Source: the human T2T-CHM13v2.0 reference genome, Homo sapiens. Taken from it: a stretch of 64,000 bases of DNA. Below are positions 20,201-40,393 of the stretch, piece by piece (position 1 is the stretch's first letter; each line of letters starts with the position of its first letter). The DNA lies in the NCBI RefSeq assembly GCF_009914755.1, contig NC_060940.1. One strand, 5' to 3'. The position numbers and the translations under genes are program-made. The notes beneath the pieces were generated by a model. The model saw only the letters and a program-made list of their open reading frames with translations. It did not search any database and had not been told where the DNA came from.

Positions 20201-20783
20201 GTGAGAGTCTCTCTCCATCACCCAGGCTGGAGTGTGGTCTCAGCTCACTGTAGCCTCCGCCTCCTGGGTTCAAACAGTTCTCATGCCTCAGCCTCCTGAG
20301 TAGCTGGGACTACTGTTGTGCCCCACCACGCCCAGCTAGTTTTTGTATTTTTGGTAGAGACAGGGTTTAGCCATGTTGCCCAGGCTGGTCTCAAACTCCT
20401 GGCCTCAAGTGATCTGCCTGCCTCGGCCTCCCAAAGAGCTGGGATTACAGGCGTGAGCCACCATGCCCTGCTTCAAAATAAGAGTACTAAATGCCAATAT
20501 GATCCTAGATTGGGGCCTGGACCAGAACAAATTTTTTTTTCTTTCTTTTTTTTTTTGCGATGATGGGCATCGATAGGACAATTGGCAAAATACGAATAAA
20601 GTCTGTAAATTAAATATTAGTATTATAAAAAGTTAAATGTCCTGATTTTGATAATTGTGCTATTGGTTATGTTAAAAAATGTGTTTGTTGGGAAATACAC
20701 CCAGAAATATTTAGGAGTAAAGGGGCACAATGTCTAGAGCTTACTCTCAGAGTTTCAGGAAAAAGTGTGTATGTGTATGAGCG

Positions 20784-21155
20784 CAGATACTTCTCAACTT
20801 ACAGTGGGGTTACGTCCTGAAAAACCCATCATAAGTTGAACATATCGCAAGTTGAAAATGCATCTGATACTCCTAATCTGCCGAGCATCATAGCTTAGCC
20901 TAGCCTACCTTAAATGTGCTCAGGACACTTCGATATCCCGCAGCTAGGCAAGATCATCTGGTGAAGGGGTACACGGCAGAGTATCAATTGTTTGCCCCTG
21001 TGATCACGTGGCTGACTGGTGTTGCGGCTCACTGCCGCTGCCCAGTAGTACCGCATATGACTATTCTGCGAAAAGACCAAAATTCAAAATTTAAAATACA
21101 GTTTTTACTGAATGCATATCGCTTTCGCACCCCTGTAAAGTCAAACGTCCTAAGT
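20784..21155 (+). mobile_element. MER47 (MER47B-like) TcMar-Tigger element
   Basis: cagatacttctcaacttacagtggggttac...catcatagcttagcctagcctaccttaaa...actgaatgcatatcgctttcgcacc. Confidence 0.8.
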
Positions 21156-21879
21156 AATGCACCATTTGTAGTCCCTATTTTTTAAAGGCATGTAGATTCA
21201 TGCTCTTACCACCAGGTGGCCTCAGTTAACCTTGGTCCGTGTGTAAATCACTGCACCTCATTTTTCTACCCTGGGCCATGCCTCAGTACCACAAACCTTT
21301 GTCCCTAGTACTGTTCCCTTGTCGCTTCTGAATCTTAGCCACAGCTGATTTTTTATCTGTTGTCTTCCTCCCTTCTGTTCCTTTGGGGCCAGAGGAAGAT
21401 AGTTACTGCTATAAAAAATCTGAAGGTGAATTTGGCCTTTGCCAAGTTGTAGACACCATTGTAGGACTGTCACCTTTCAGAAGAGTCTGGGAGGGAGGGA
21501 TTTGCTTATACTCAAACAGGGAAGCTCAGGCTAGGATAGACTTGCCATTACAGGCAAGGGAGCATCAGTTGTATCTCTGATTTGGGGCAGGATGGGAGAC
21601 GTCTAGATGTGTTTTACCCTAGCGACCTGGCGTTTCCACCAGGGGTAATATACACTAGGATGTCTGTCTAGCTCCTCGGTGTGATGCTTGTGTAGCTTTG
21701 TACTCCATGAGTCTTTGGCTTGCTGGTCCCAAACGAACATCAGAATTGTTGCCACATGAAGGCTATGAGCGGAAGAAGAAATGTAGATGACTAACGACAC
21801 ATGGCAAAAATATTCAACCTTGCTGGTAATCGAAGAACAGCAATAGAACAAATAAGTAAAGTTCAATAATAATATGCAG

Positions 21880-22430
<551 letters not shown>

Positions 22431-23206
22431 TATAAATTTTGTTATGTTCCCAGGCTGGTCTTGAACTCCTGGGCTGAAGCAGCCCTCCCACCTTGGCCTC
22501 CCAAAGTGCTGGGATTCCAGGCATGAGCCGCCACGCCCGGCCTTAGCTGTTGTCTTTACACCATGCGTTTTTAACCCATGGATTTGCAAAAAGTGAACAA
22601 GCATATCCCTTAGCACTCTGTGATGTCTGGTAAAATGAATATTCTCCTGTAGCACTGATGGGAGGCTACATGGGTTTACCTTTCTTGGAAAGGAATGGGC
22701 AGTTTTAAGAACTTTAAAAAGTGTTCGTATCCTTTGGAGGAATACTCAAGAAAGGCATGCAGATGTATATGTTCACGGTAATTTCCCCAGAGCGAACAAT
22801 TGCAAGCAGTCTATTCGACAATGAAAGAATAGTTAACATATACCTATTATGGGCTTGTATTGCAGTCATTTAAGAGTGACTTATGGGGGTGAAGAATTTT
22901 TAAAGAATTGAATAAATAAAAGATGAAAATCTGGAAGGCAATTTACCAACGATAAATTGGTGATGATGATCACTGGCAGTTATCCCAGTGGTTTCAGGTT
23001 AGGGATTTTTTTTTTTTTTTTACACTTCATATTTTTTTTGGTGTGTGTACTCACATTTCTTTAAAAAGTTTTTAGAATCAAGACAAAACAAAATGTATTG
23101 ATTTATTTTTTAAAGCAATAACTAAAAAGAGCCGGAACATCTGCCACAGGGGGGCATCTGGGAGCCCTGGGACTCATCTTTGACTTTTTCTTTCTTTCTC
23201 TCCCAG

Positions 23207-23354
23207 TGGTGTCCGCAAAGCCCAAGGTGCATAATCGTCAACCTCGAATTAACTCCTACGTGGAGGTGGCGGTGGATGGACTCCCCAGTGAGACCAAGAA
23301 GACTGGGAAGCGCATTGGGAGCTCTGAGCTTCTCTGGAATGAGATCATCATTTT
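23207..23354 (+). CDS. WWP2: WWP2 second coding exon, C2 domain ((V)VSAKPKVHNRQPRINSYVEVAVDGLPSETKKTGKRIGSSELLWNEIII(L))
   Basis: Acceptor tttctttctctcccAG|TG, donor TT|gtaaga. 148 nt, continuing the frame of the previous exon. Confidence 0.97.
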
Positions 23355-23698
23355 GTAAGAGAAAGCCCCTTCTTTTTGAACGCAGCAAGATGGGGAAAGA
23401 GAGAGGGTGCTCCGAGGGGGTTGTGGGAGGTACAGATTCCCTGTGGCACCTCCGACTTTTTCTACCTATGGTACCCAAGGTGACTCTTTTTAGGTGTTCC
23501 TACACCATTGAGCTCATAGAGCGTTCATTATTATCTAGAGGGTTACAGGGTCAGCTTTGAGAGGGGAAAGGATATATGTGGGTGTCTGCCTGTTTTGGTT
23601 CCCCCTCCCCAAGATGTCAGCAGTTTAGTTTAAATGTTTTCTTCTAAGTTATAGGAATGATCTGCTTGGATGTAATGAATCAGGTATTTGTTTTTCAG

Positions 23699-23820
23699 GA
23701 ATGTCACGGCACAGAGTCATTTAGATTTAAAGGTCTGGAGCTGCCATACCTTGAGAAATGAACTGCTAGGCACCGCATCTGTCAACCTCTCCAACGTCTT
23801 GAAGAACAATGGGGGCAAAA
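23699..23820 (+). CDS. WWP2: WWP2 third coding exon, C2 domain (NVTAQSHLDLKVWSCHTLRNELLGTASVNLSNVLKNNGGK + phase-1 A)
   Basis: Acceptor ttgtttttcAG|G, donor AAAA|gtacgt. 122 nt, in frame. Contained in track ORF 23688..24026. Confidence 0.97.
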
Positions 23821-25030
23821 GTACGTATGATGAAGGGGGTGCCGACGTGATTCTTGGGTGGGGATGGGAGGACCTGGCAGATCAACCTGGTATTGCAATT
23901 TCCCCCAGGACTAGGGGCTGCAGTACCTCTGTTCTCCTTGGATGCTGTCTTTGGAGTTTTGGGAAGGCTGAGGGCTCCTCTCTGCCTCCACTACAGAGTT
24001 TAGCCCTCTTTGTCCAGGGCCTCTAGTAATGTGATGCAGTGGTGTGTTGCCCTTTATCCTTCCTTAGGGACTGGAAACTTTCTGTCTGCCTCTGCTCCTC
24101 TTCCCGTTGCAGGAGATGTGTGATATGTTGAATGAAACTGTCAAATACCTCTAGCCTAAATCATTGCTTTTCTAGCCTCAGCCCTAAAACAGAACAAAGG
24201 AGCTGTGTGTATACGTATATGTGTGTGTGTGCATGCCTGTGTGCATGTGTGCACGTGTGTGTCTGGGATAGTATTACAAATAGTGCCCTGTGCTTACTCG
24301 GCACTCAGTAAACATTTACTGGATGTTGGAACGTGATGGACGCGCCATCTGAATTAGCCAACGTGCCTCTACGTCACGGACATATAAATCCTCATCTATT
24401 TATTGCTGTTTGTGGTCAGTGGCATGGCCCATGGCGGTGGTATTGGACCCTCCTTCATAAGGCCTCTATTCAGAGCAGTACCATATGTGGCGAATGAATG
24501 GCATGGAAAGAAAGGCTCCTTTTTCTCTTGATATCTGGAAAGTATTTTCTGAAAGTGGATGTAGCTTAAGAGAGAGGTGGGGGCGGGGAGAGTTGCGTCC
24601 CAGCGAGCGTGTTACATGATTTAAGAGTCTTTCTTTTCTCTCCAAGCCTGTCCTTTTAAGCGATGGGCCACTTGAAAGGTCTTTGAGCCTCCTCTGGTCT
24701 TTTCTTTTCGGCTGGGCACATAGAGATGTGCTGAACCCACACTGGCCCGAGGAATTGTTTAAAACCAGAGATGTGCCTCCACTTTAATCCTGCAGAGAAC
24801 TCCCTGATTGCTTTGTCTTCTGAATTGGTGTTTATTTTCCCAAACCCTAGCCAGCCTTTTGTAATTTGATCATCAGGGAGAATTCTATTTATTGCAATAT
24901 TTGGAAATATACTTGTGGATAGCCTCACATTAGGATGCAGCAACCAGCATGAGGGTCCTTTTTTCCTCTTCATTTGCCCAGCCAATATACTTTTGCTTTT
25001 GGTTAGCAAAAGTCCTTGTAGAAATTGTAA

Positions 25031-25402
<372 letters not shown>

Positions 25403-25427
25403 TAATGTTTTTTTAAAAGCAATTTTA

Positions 25428-25733
<306 letters not shown>

Positions 25734-26074
25734 TTAATTAATTAATTTTTATTTTTATATATATATATTTTTTGAGACAGGTTTCTCACTTTGTCACTCA
25801 GGCTGGAGTGCAGTGGTGCAATCTCGGCTCACCGTAGCCTCTGCTCCTGGGCTCAAGTGATCCTCCCACCTCAGCCCCCACCCCTAGTAGCTGGGACTAC
25901 AGGCACACGCCACCATGGCCTGGCTGTATTTCATATTTTTAGTAGAGAGTAGGTCTCACTATGTTGCCAGGATGGTCTGGAACTCCTGAGCTCAAGTGAT
26001 CCGCCTGCCTTGGCCTTCCAAAGTGCTGGGATTACAGATGCGAGCCACTGCGTCTGGCCAATTAATTAATTTTT

Positions 26075-26235
26075 AGATTGAGATGGGATCTCCCTATATT
26101 GCTCAGGCTGGAGTGTAGTGGCTATTTATAGGCACGATCACAGCTCACTGTAGCCTCAAACTCCCAGCCTCAAGCCATCTCCTGCCTCAGCCTCCGGAAT
26201 AGCTGGAACCACAGGCGTGCACCACTATACCTGAC
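26075..26235 (-). mobile_element. FAM-type fossil Alu monomer
   Basis: Carries the gtggctatttataggcacgatc FAM diagnostic segment. Confidence 0.65.
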
Positions 26236-26374
26236 TACTGTTAACATTTTGATGTATACATTTTTGAGCTTTTAAATTTTATCTTTTAAATAATTTTTTC
26301 CCCTCAGATCCTTGTTCTGATCTTTTTTTATATTTGTAGACGTATATTGATGTTTATGACATCAATGAAACTAA

Positions 26375-27112
<738 letters not shown>

Positions 27113-27430
27113 ATTTTTCTTTCCTTTTGTTTTTTTTTTTTTGAGACAGGGTCTCGCACTGTCGCTCAGGCTGGAGTGCAGTGGCGCGATCTCGGCTCAC
27201 TGCAACCCCTGTCTCCTGGGTTCAAGTGATTCTCCTGCCTCAAGCTTCCAAGTAGCTAGGATTATGACAGGTACCTGCCACCATGCCCGGCTAATTTTTT
27301 TATTTTTAGTAGAGACGGGAGTTTCACCATGTTGGCCAGGCTGGTCTCGAACTCCTGACCTCAAGTGATCTGCCCACCTTGGCCTTCCAAAGTGCTGGGA
27401 TTACAGGCATAAACCACCGCATCTGGCCCA

Positions 27431-27535
27431 AGATATCTTATTATGTATGTGCAAATATACCAAAATCTGAAAAAATCTGAAATCCAAAACACTTCCAGTC
27501 CCAAGCATTTCAAATAAATACTTATGAGACCTGTA
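27431..27535 (+). mobile_element. Tigger4/MER46-like terminal fragment
   Basis: aaaatctgaaatccaaaacacttccagtcccaagcatttc...cctgTA. Confidence 0.65.
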
Positions 27536-28325
27536 CAATTTACCTTCCCATCAGCAGTGGCTGAAATTTCTGGTTTGTATTGTACCTTGGCATATATTGG
27601 ATATTACTTGTAAAAAAAAAAAGCCTTTTTTTTTCCTATTTGATAACTATTAACATTATGATGGATTTGCTTTTCCTGTTTCTTTTTGGCTGAATTATTT
27701 TTATTTTCTTATTTTTTACTTTTTTGCTCTGATCTCCTGGCCTCTCAATAAGAAGTATTTTAAAGTATATTCTAGACGTCCTGACATTTTATCCTAGATT
27801 CTTCAGCATGCATCTTGTTAAAACAGGACATTTTCTTTATTTTAATTCTTCTACTTTTTTCTATTTTTTTTTTACTTTGGAACATTTACATAAAAAAAAC
27901 ATTATCTTACACAATTACTGTATCGTTATCACATTTAGCAATAGTGACATGAATTCCTATTTATGTCTAATAACCTGTTCATAGTTTCACCATTTTTCTC
28001 AACATGTCGTTTTGCAGTTTTACATTTGGTTTGCTTGAACCTGGGTTTGGGAAGGTCCATTCATTGGTTGTTCTATCTCTGAGGCCCCCCACTTCCACCC
28101 TGCTTTTTTGTGTGTGTGTGTGAAAGCAAATTTGTTAAGAAAGTAAAGGAAGGCAGGGCGCAGTGACTTACACATGTAATCCCAGACCTGGGAGGCGGAG
28201 GCAGGTTGATCACCTGAGGCCAGGAGTTCGAGACCAGCCTAGCCAATATGGTGAGACCCTGTCTCTACTAAAAATGCAAAAATTAGCTGGGCACAGTGGC
28301 GCACGCCTGTAATCCCAGCTACTCA

Positions 28326-31440
<3,115 letters not shown>

Positions 31441-31458
31441 CTATTTGCCCTAGATCTG

Positions 31459-31522
31459 TTTTATTTATTTATTTATTTATTCATTCATTCATTCATTCAT
31501 TCATTCATTCATTCATTCATTT
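31459..31522. repeat. (TTTA)n(TTCA)n tetranucleotide repeat
   Basis: Read directly from the sequence. Confidence 0.9.
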
Positions 31523-31576
31523 ATAGCTTTTCAGGTTGAAAGCTTACTGCATTTATCTTTGTCTTTTTTTTTTTGA

Positions 31577-31918
<342 letters not shown>

Positions 31919-31982
31919 TGAATTTTCACCCCTGGATATTGAATTTTTTTTCTTTCAATGTAGCATTGAAAACTCATCTCTA

Positions 31983-32213
<231 letters not shown>

Positions 32214-32947
32214 TTATGTCTGTAATCCTAGCACTTTGGGAGGCTGAGGTGGTAGGATTGCTTGAGCTCAGGAATTTGAGACCAGTCTGGGCAACATAGT
32301 GAGACCCTGTTTCTACAAAAAAGAAATTTAAAAAAATTAGCCAGGTGTGGTGTTGCACACCTGTAGTCCCAGCTACTTGAGAGGCAGTGGTGGGAGGATT
32401 GCTTCAGTCTGGGAGATAGAGGCTGCAGTAAGCTGTAATCATGCTGCACTCCAGCCTGGGTGACAGAGCAAAACCCTATCTCAAACAAACAAACAAAACA
32501 AAAAACATTCTTAGTGTTACAACTTGAATATGTACATGTGTCCACAGCTGCGTAATCATCACCCACATCAAGACATAGCATATTTCTAGCATCCCCAGAA
32601 GTTTCCCATTGTCCCTTCTAGTTAATTTCTCCTCCCTGAAATAACCACTATTCTGACTTCTATCACTATTGTTCAGCTTTGCCTAGTATTGAATTTCATA
32701 TTAGTGAGAACATGCAGTATGTTTTCTTGTGCCTGGCTTTTCATTTTATATCTTTGAGATTAAAGATATATGACCTTTTTTTGCATGTGTCAATAGTCTT
32801 TTTTTTTTTTAATAGAGATGGGATCTCGCTATATTGCCCAGGCTGGTCTCAAGTGATCCTCCCACTTTGGTCTCCAAAAATGCTGGGATTACAGGCATGA
32901 GCCACCATGCCTGGCCTGTCTTTTATTTTTATTTTTATTTTTTTTGA

Positions 32948-33052
<105 letters not shown>

Positions 33053-33968
33053 TGAATAGTTGACATTACAGGCACCTGCCACCATGCGTGGCTAATTTTT
33101 GTATTTTCAGCAGAGACAGGGTTTCGCCATGTTGGCCAGGCTGGTCTTGAACTCCTGACCTCAGGTGGTCTGCCTGCCTCGGCCTCCCAAAGTGTTGGGA
33201 TTACAGGCGTGAGCCACTGCGCCCGGCCATGGCCTGTCTTTGTATTTGGGTGTAGTGTTCTGTTTTATGAATACACCATAATTTATTTCTCCATTCTCCT
33301 ATTGGTAGACATTTGAGTTGTTTCCAGTTTTTGGCCATCATGAACAACGCTGACATAAACACTCTCAGGACATGTATTTTGAAGGACACACACATACATT
33401 TCTATTGCGTATGTACAGATCTAGGAGCTTTGGTTCATAGGGTGGATGTATGCTTACCTTTAGTAGACACCATCAGTTTTCTAGTGTTGTACCAATTTGC
33501 CATCCCATAAATTTTACTGTGCTCTGATCGTTTGTAATTACTGTTGTGATTTTATCTTCAAACCCAGAGTTATTTAAGTGGATGTTTTCCAGTGGTTATA
33601 TTGTTTGTGGTATTGGTTGTAGCTATTGCTGCTGTTGCTGGCACCAGCCGTAGCACGTTGTGCATGTGGCTGGGTTGGGTAGCAGGCAAATCAGATCAGA
33701 GTCTGTTGGAAAATGTGGATTGCAACAGGGCAGTGGGCTTTTTCTTAGAAAAACAAATCTTCTAGGATGACAATGGCGTACGTAGCCTATGTACCTAACA
33801 TTCCAGCCATGTTTCATAAAGTCTTCTATTTAGAGCCAGGTTATTTCTGGTAATTGCAAATCTTCCCAAAGATGGGGAGGTTTGAATCTCAGAGATGGAC
33901 CACAGAGACCCTGTTTCCGGATGCGAGACTGTCTTGCCTAAAGGGAAGGCAGTCCTGAGGTTGTTTCA

Positions 33969-34536
<568 letters not shown>

Positions 34537-34953
34537 TCACAGTGCGGTTAGGTAACTCCTCTCACCGTGGCCTAGTCTTCCCGCAGCATCTTTTCCTGGG
34601 GAAGGACCTGATGGGCGATGGTTGCCCTAACTGACATTCTCCTCTTCCACGGACAGAATTCGTTCTTTCATTTGCTCCCTTGTTTTCCCTGGGTGGACTT
34701 GGACATTGGCTGGGAAACTCAGCTGGCTGTTTTCTGCCTGCCTTTGGCAGAGGGATGCTGTAATGCAGGGTTTCACTCACGTCCCGCAGTGGCGGATGGT
34801 CAACCTGGGCTGACTTCTCTCTGAGGGGACATTGCCCTGGCCATGGCTGCAAAAAGACTTGCCCAAAAGTGCTGGTTTGCCTCTTAAAGGTAGTTCTAGT
34901 CATCTCTGGGTAGAACCCAGCTTTTGATGTTGCCAGTTCAGTTTTTTAACATC

Positions 34954-35680
<727 letters not shown>

Positions 35681-35855
35681 TAGCAGGTAGGGTCTAATAC
35701 TCCATTTCCTCTTGTAGCTCCCCACTCCTGCAGCTCTCCCAGGAGCACTGCAGACTTTGGCTTTCCCAGAATCTCCTACTTTCAAGGAGGTGAATGTAGC
35801 TTGAAGTAGGTTTTTTCCCTCCCCAATTTTTGTATTTTTAAATAATTTCAGGCTA

Positions 35856-36209
<354 letters not shown>

Positions 36210-38500
36210 TTAGAGGCTGCAGTGAGCTTTGATTGTGTCACTGCAATCCAGTCTGGATGACAGAGCCAGACCCAGTCTCAAAAAAATAAAAGATTCAAAT
36301 TCAGAGAAGTGTTACAAGAATAGAACAAAGAACTCCTCAATGTCGTCCTTCACCCAACTGTTAAAATTTGCTACATTTGCTTTCACTGTGTTCTTCTGAG
36401 CCATTTTAGAGTAAATTACAAACCTCGTGTTTCTTTCATCCCTAAATACTGATGTGTCTGGTTCCTAAAGGAGAAGGATACTACAGTACAATTAACAAAA
36501 CTAAGAAATTTCCCGTTTTTGCAGTGTTGTTAATCTAATTCAGATTTCCCAGCTGTCACAGTCCAGGACCTCATGCAAGATGCAGTGTTTAGTTGTCCTG
36601 TGTCTTTAAATCTGGATCTGCATCAGTTCCTTAGGGTATTTATGTCTTTCATGACATTGGCATCGGCGTTGTTGAAGAGTACAGACCTTTTTTTTTTTTT
36701 TTTTTTTTTTGAGATGGAGTCTCGTTCTGGCACCCAGGCTGGAGTGCAATGACATGATCTTGGCTAACTGCAACCTCTGCCTCCTGGTTCAAGCAATTCT
36801 TCCACCTTAGCCTCCTGAGTAGCTGGGATTACAGGCACCCACCATCATGCCCAGCTAATTTTTGTGTCTTTGTAGAGATGGGGTTTCATCATGTTGGCCA
36901 GGCTGGTCTTGACCTCTTGACCTCAGGTAACCTGCCCGCCTCGGCCTCCCAAAGTGCTAAGATCACAGGCATGAGACACCGCGCCTGCCCCCAACCCCCC
37001 CCTTTTTTTTTTTTTTTTAATTGAGACAGAGTCTGGCTCTGTGGCCCAGGCTGGAGTGCAGTGGTGTGAACACGGCTCACTGCAGCCTCTATCTCCTGGG
37101 CTCGAGGAATCCTCCCACTTCAGCCTCTTAGTTGAGACCACAGATATGTGCCACCCTGCCCAGCTAATTTTTAAAAATTATTTGGCAGATTCCCCTCAAC
37201 TTGGGGCTGTCTGCTTTTCCTCATGGTTAGATTCAGAGTGTGCATTCTTGGCAGGAACACCCAGGAGTGACTTTGTGTCCTTCTCAGTGCAGCATATCTG
37301 GGAGCTCATGACTCAGCTTGTTTATTATTGATGACATTAACTTTCATCACTTAGGGTGCTGTGTGTCAGGTTTTTCCACTGCAAAATTACTGTTTCCCCT
37401 TGTCAATGAAAAGGTATTATAATTTACGGGGAGGTACTTTGAGACTGTGTAAATGTCTATTCCTCATCACACCTTCACCTGCTAGTTTCTGCATCCGGTG
37501 ATTTTACTCTGATGCCTATAGATTTTTATTTTTGAATTCCATCCTTCCTTCTGCATTTATTAATTGGCATAGTACTGCAAAGAAGGGCTTTCCGTTTTCA
37601 TGTATGCGTGTGTGTAGGTATGTATTATCAGCTTCTACTCATGGATTCAGATTTTATTCCATGGGTTATAACTTATTTCTGGTGTAATTTTTTTTTTTTT
37701 TTTTTGAGATGGAGTTTTGCTCTTGTTGCCTAGGCTGGAGTGCAATGGCGCGATCTTCGCTCACCGCAACCTCCGCCTCCTGGGTTCAAGCGATTCTCCT
37801 GCCTTATCTTCCTGAGTAGCTGGGATTACAGGCATGTGCCACCACACCCAGCTAATTTTATATTTTTAGTGGAGATGGGGTTTCTCCATGTTGGTCAGGC
37901 TGGTCTCAAACTCCCAACCTCAGGTGTTCCACCTGCCTCGGCCTCCCAAAGTGCTGGGATTACAGGCGTGAGCCACTGCGCCCAGCCTTTTTTTTGTTGT
38001 TTTTTAAATTGTTTGTTTATTTTAGATAGAGTCTTGCTCTGTCACCCAGGCTGGAGTGCAGTAGCGCAATCTCAGCTTCCTGGGTTCAAGCGATCCCCCC
38101 ACCTCAGCCTCCAGAGTAGCTGGGACTACAGGTGTGTGCTGGCTAAATTTTTTATTTTTATTTTTTGTATTTTTGTAGAGACAGGGTTTCACCATGTTGC
38201 CCAAGGCTGGTCTTAAACTTTTGGGCTCTAGTGATCCTCCCACGTTGGCGTCCCAAAGTGCTGTGGGATTACAGCTGTGAGCCACTGTGCCTGGCCTCTG
38301 GTGTTGATTTCATGCTAAAATGATCTCTGGCTTGGCCAGTGGCTGCCTCTTCAAGCTTGCTGCTGTATCTTTTCACATGTCCCCATCATATATTTTTGTC
38401 CCAACATAATCCAATATAGGTAAAATTTACTATGTGATAAAGATGGCATTTAAAATCAGAAGAGAAAGGCAAACAAGTGGCATTAAGATCATCAGCTAAC

Positions 38501-38626
38501 CCAGTGGTTTTTGAAGTGTGATCCTGAGGCCAGTGGCACAAGCATCTCCAGGAAATATGTCAGACACCTAAATTCTCAGGCCAACAAGCCCTTGGGATTC
38601 GGGGACACACTTGTTTGAGAACCAGT
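38501..38626. mobile_element. MER5A hAT MITE
   Basis: ccagtggtttttgaagtgtg...aattctcaggcc...gtttgagaaccagt. Confidence 0.65.
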
Positions 38627-40009
38627 AAGCTAAACCACTTGAGGGAAAATAAAGTCAGGTACCTTGCATACCAAATGTGGGGTCGTTTGTTTGTTTGTTT
38701 GTTTTTGACAAGGTCTTGCTCTGTCGTCTAGGCTGCAGTGCAGTGGTGTGATCATAGGTAACTGTAGCCTCGAACTCCTGGGCTCAAGCGATCCTCTTGC
38801 CTCAGCCTCCAGAGTTGCTGGAACTACAGGCATGCGGTCCTGTGCCTGGCTACTGAACCTGTATATTAAACACTATGAATTTGTACTGAAGCCACCAATC
38901 CAATTCCAACTCAGCTCCACAGGGCTCTTCCTAACCTTCCTCCACTCTCATGAGAACCCTGGCACTCAACACTATTTATATATTTACAAATTCCTTCACA
39001 TCTGTAATGCACAGAAGGCGATTTGAGAATTCCTGTACCCACACCACCATGAAAGGTGAAGTTGATTTTGAAAAGCTCCGTACTTTATGCTGTCCATGTT
39101 CTGTGTGTGTTTCTTCTCTTTCCTCGTGTGTCTACCAGATTCAAAAAGAGAAAGAAAAAGAAAACAACCTCCTATTTATTTAAAAATCTTTTAAGCAGAG
39201 GGTTATTACAGCACTTTACATTCCAAGAACAGACAGGCCAGTCATGAGCGGTGGGCCTCCTCCCTTATTGCTCCGTGAGGATGGAGTGTTCTGGTGGATG
39301 GGCCGTGGGTCTTGAGCAGCTGTACCTGACAGACAGTGTACCCATTTATTTTAAAGTAAACACAGCACTGTTTTTCCAGTTTTTCAGCTGGAGGATAAAT
39401 AAAACTACTGAACCTTGGAACTTGAGTCAGTGGGAGAAGAGAAGAAATTTTTAAAAAGTTGCTCTTCAGTTAAAAACAACTTTAAATTTATTTTTATTAT
39501 TAGTTTTTTAAAAATATTTATTTATTTATTTTTATTTTTTTGAGATGGAGTCTCACTCCTCTGTCATTCAGGCTGGGGTGTAGTGGGACGATCTTGGCTC
39601 ACTGCAACCTTCGCTTCCTGGGTTCAAGCGATTCTCCTGCCTCAGACTCCTGAGTAGCTGAGATTACAGGCATGAGCCACCATGCCTGGCTAATTTTTGT
39701 ATTTTTAGTAGAGACAGGGTTTCACCATGTTGGCCAGGCTAGTCTCAAACTCCTGATCTCAGGTGATCAGGCCATCTTGGCCTCCCAAAGTGCTGGGATT
39801 ACGGGCGTGAGCCACCTCACCCGGCCTAATTTTTATTGTTAGTTTTTTAGAGGCAAGGACCTACTCTGTCACTCAGGCTAGGGTACAGTGGCTCGAGCAT
39901 AGCTCACTGTAACCTTGAACTCCTGGCCCTAGGCCATAGATCATTCACTGAGCTATGATCATGGCACTGTATTCTAGCCTGGGTGACAGAGTGAGACCCT
40001 GTCTCTTTA

Positions 40010-40393
<384 letters not shown>

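Noticed and set aside
23122-23560. ORFs 23122..23478 (-) and 23180..23560 (+)
   Set aside because: Antisense and alternate-frame shadows of the real exon. They run through splice sites and have no independent support.
23681-23698. CAG|GTATT 15 nt upstream of the acceptor (alternative in-frame acceptor or recursive site)
   Set aside because: No polypyrimidine tract precedes this AG, and a 15-nt intron is not spliceable.
23821-24026. Reading frame stays open about 68 codons past the donor, suggesting a truncated C2-only isoform
   Set aside because: The extension has no recognisable features and I saw no canonical poly(A) signal close downstream. Chance openness is sufficient.
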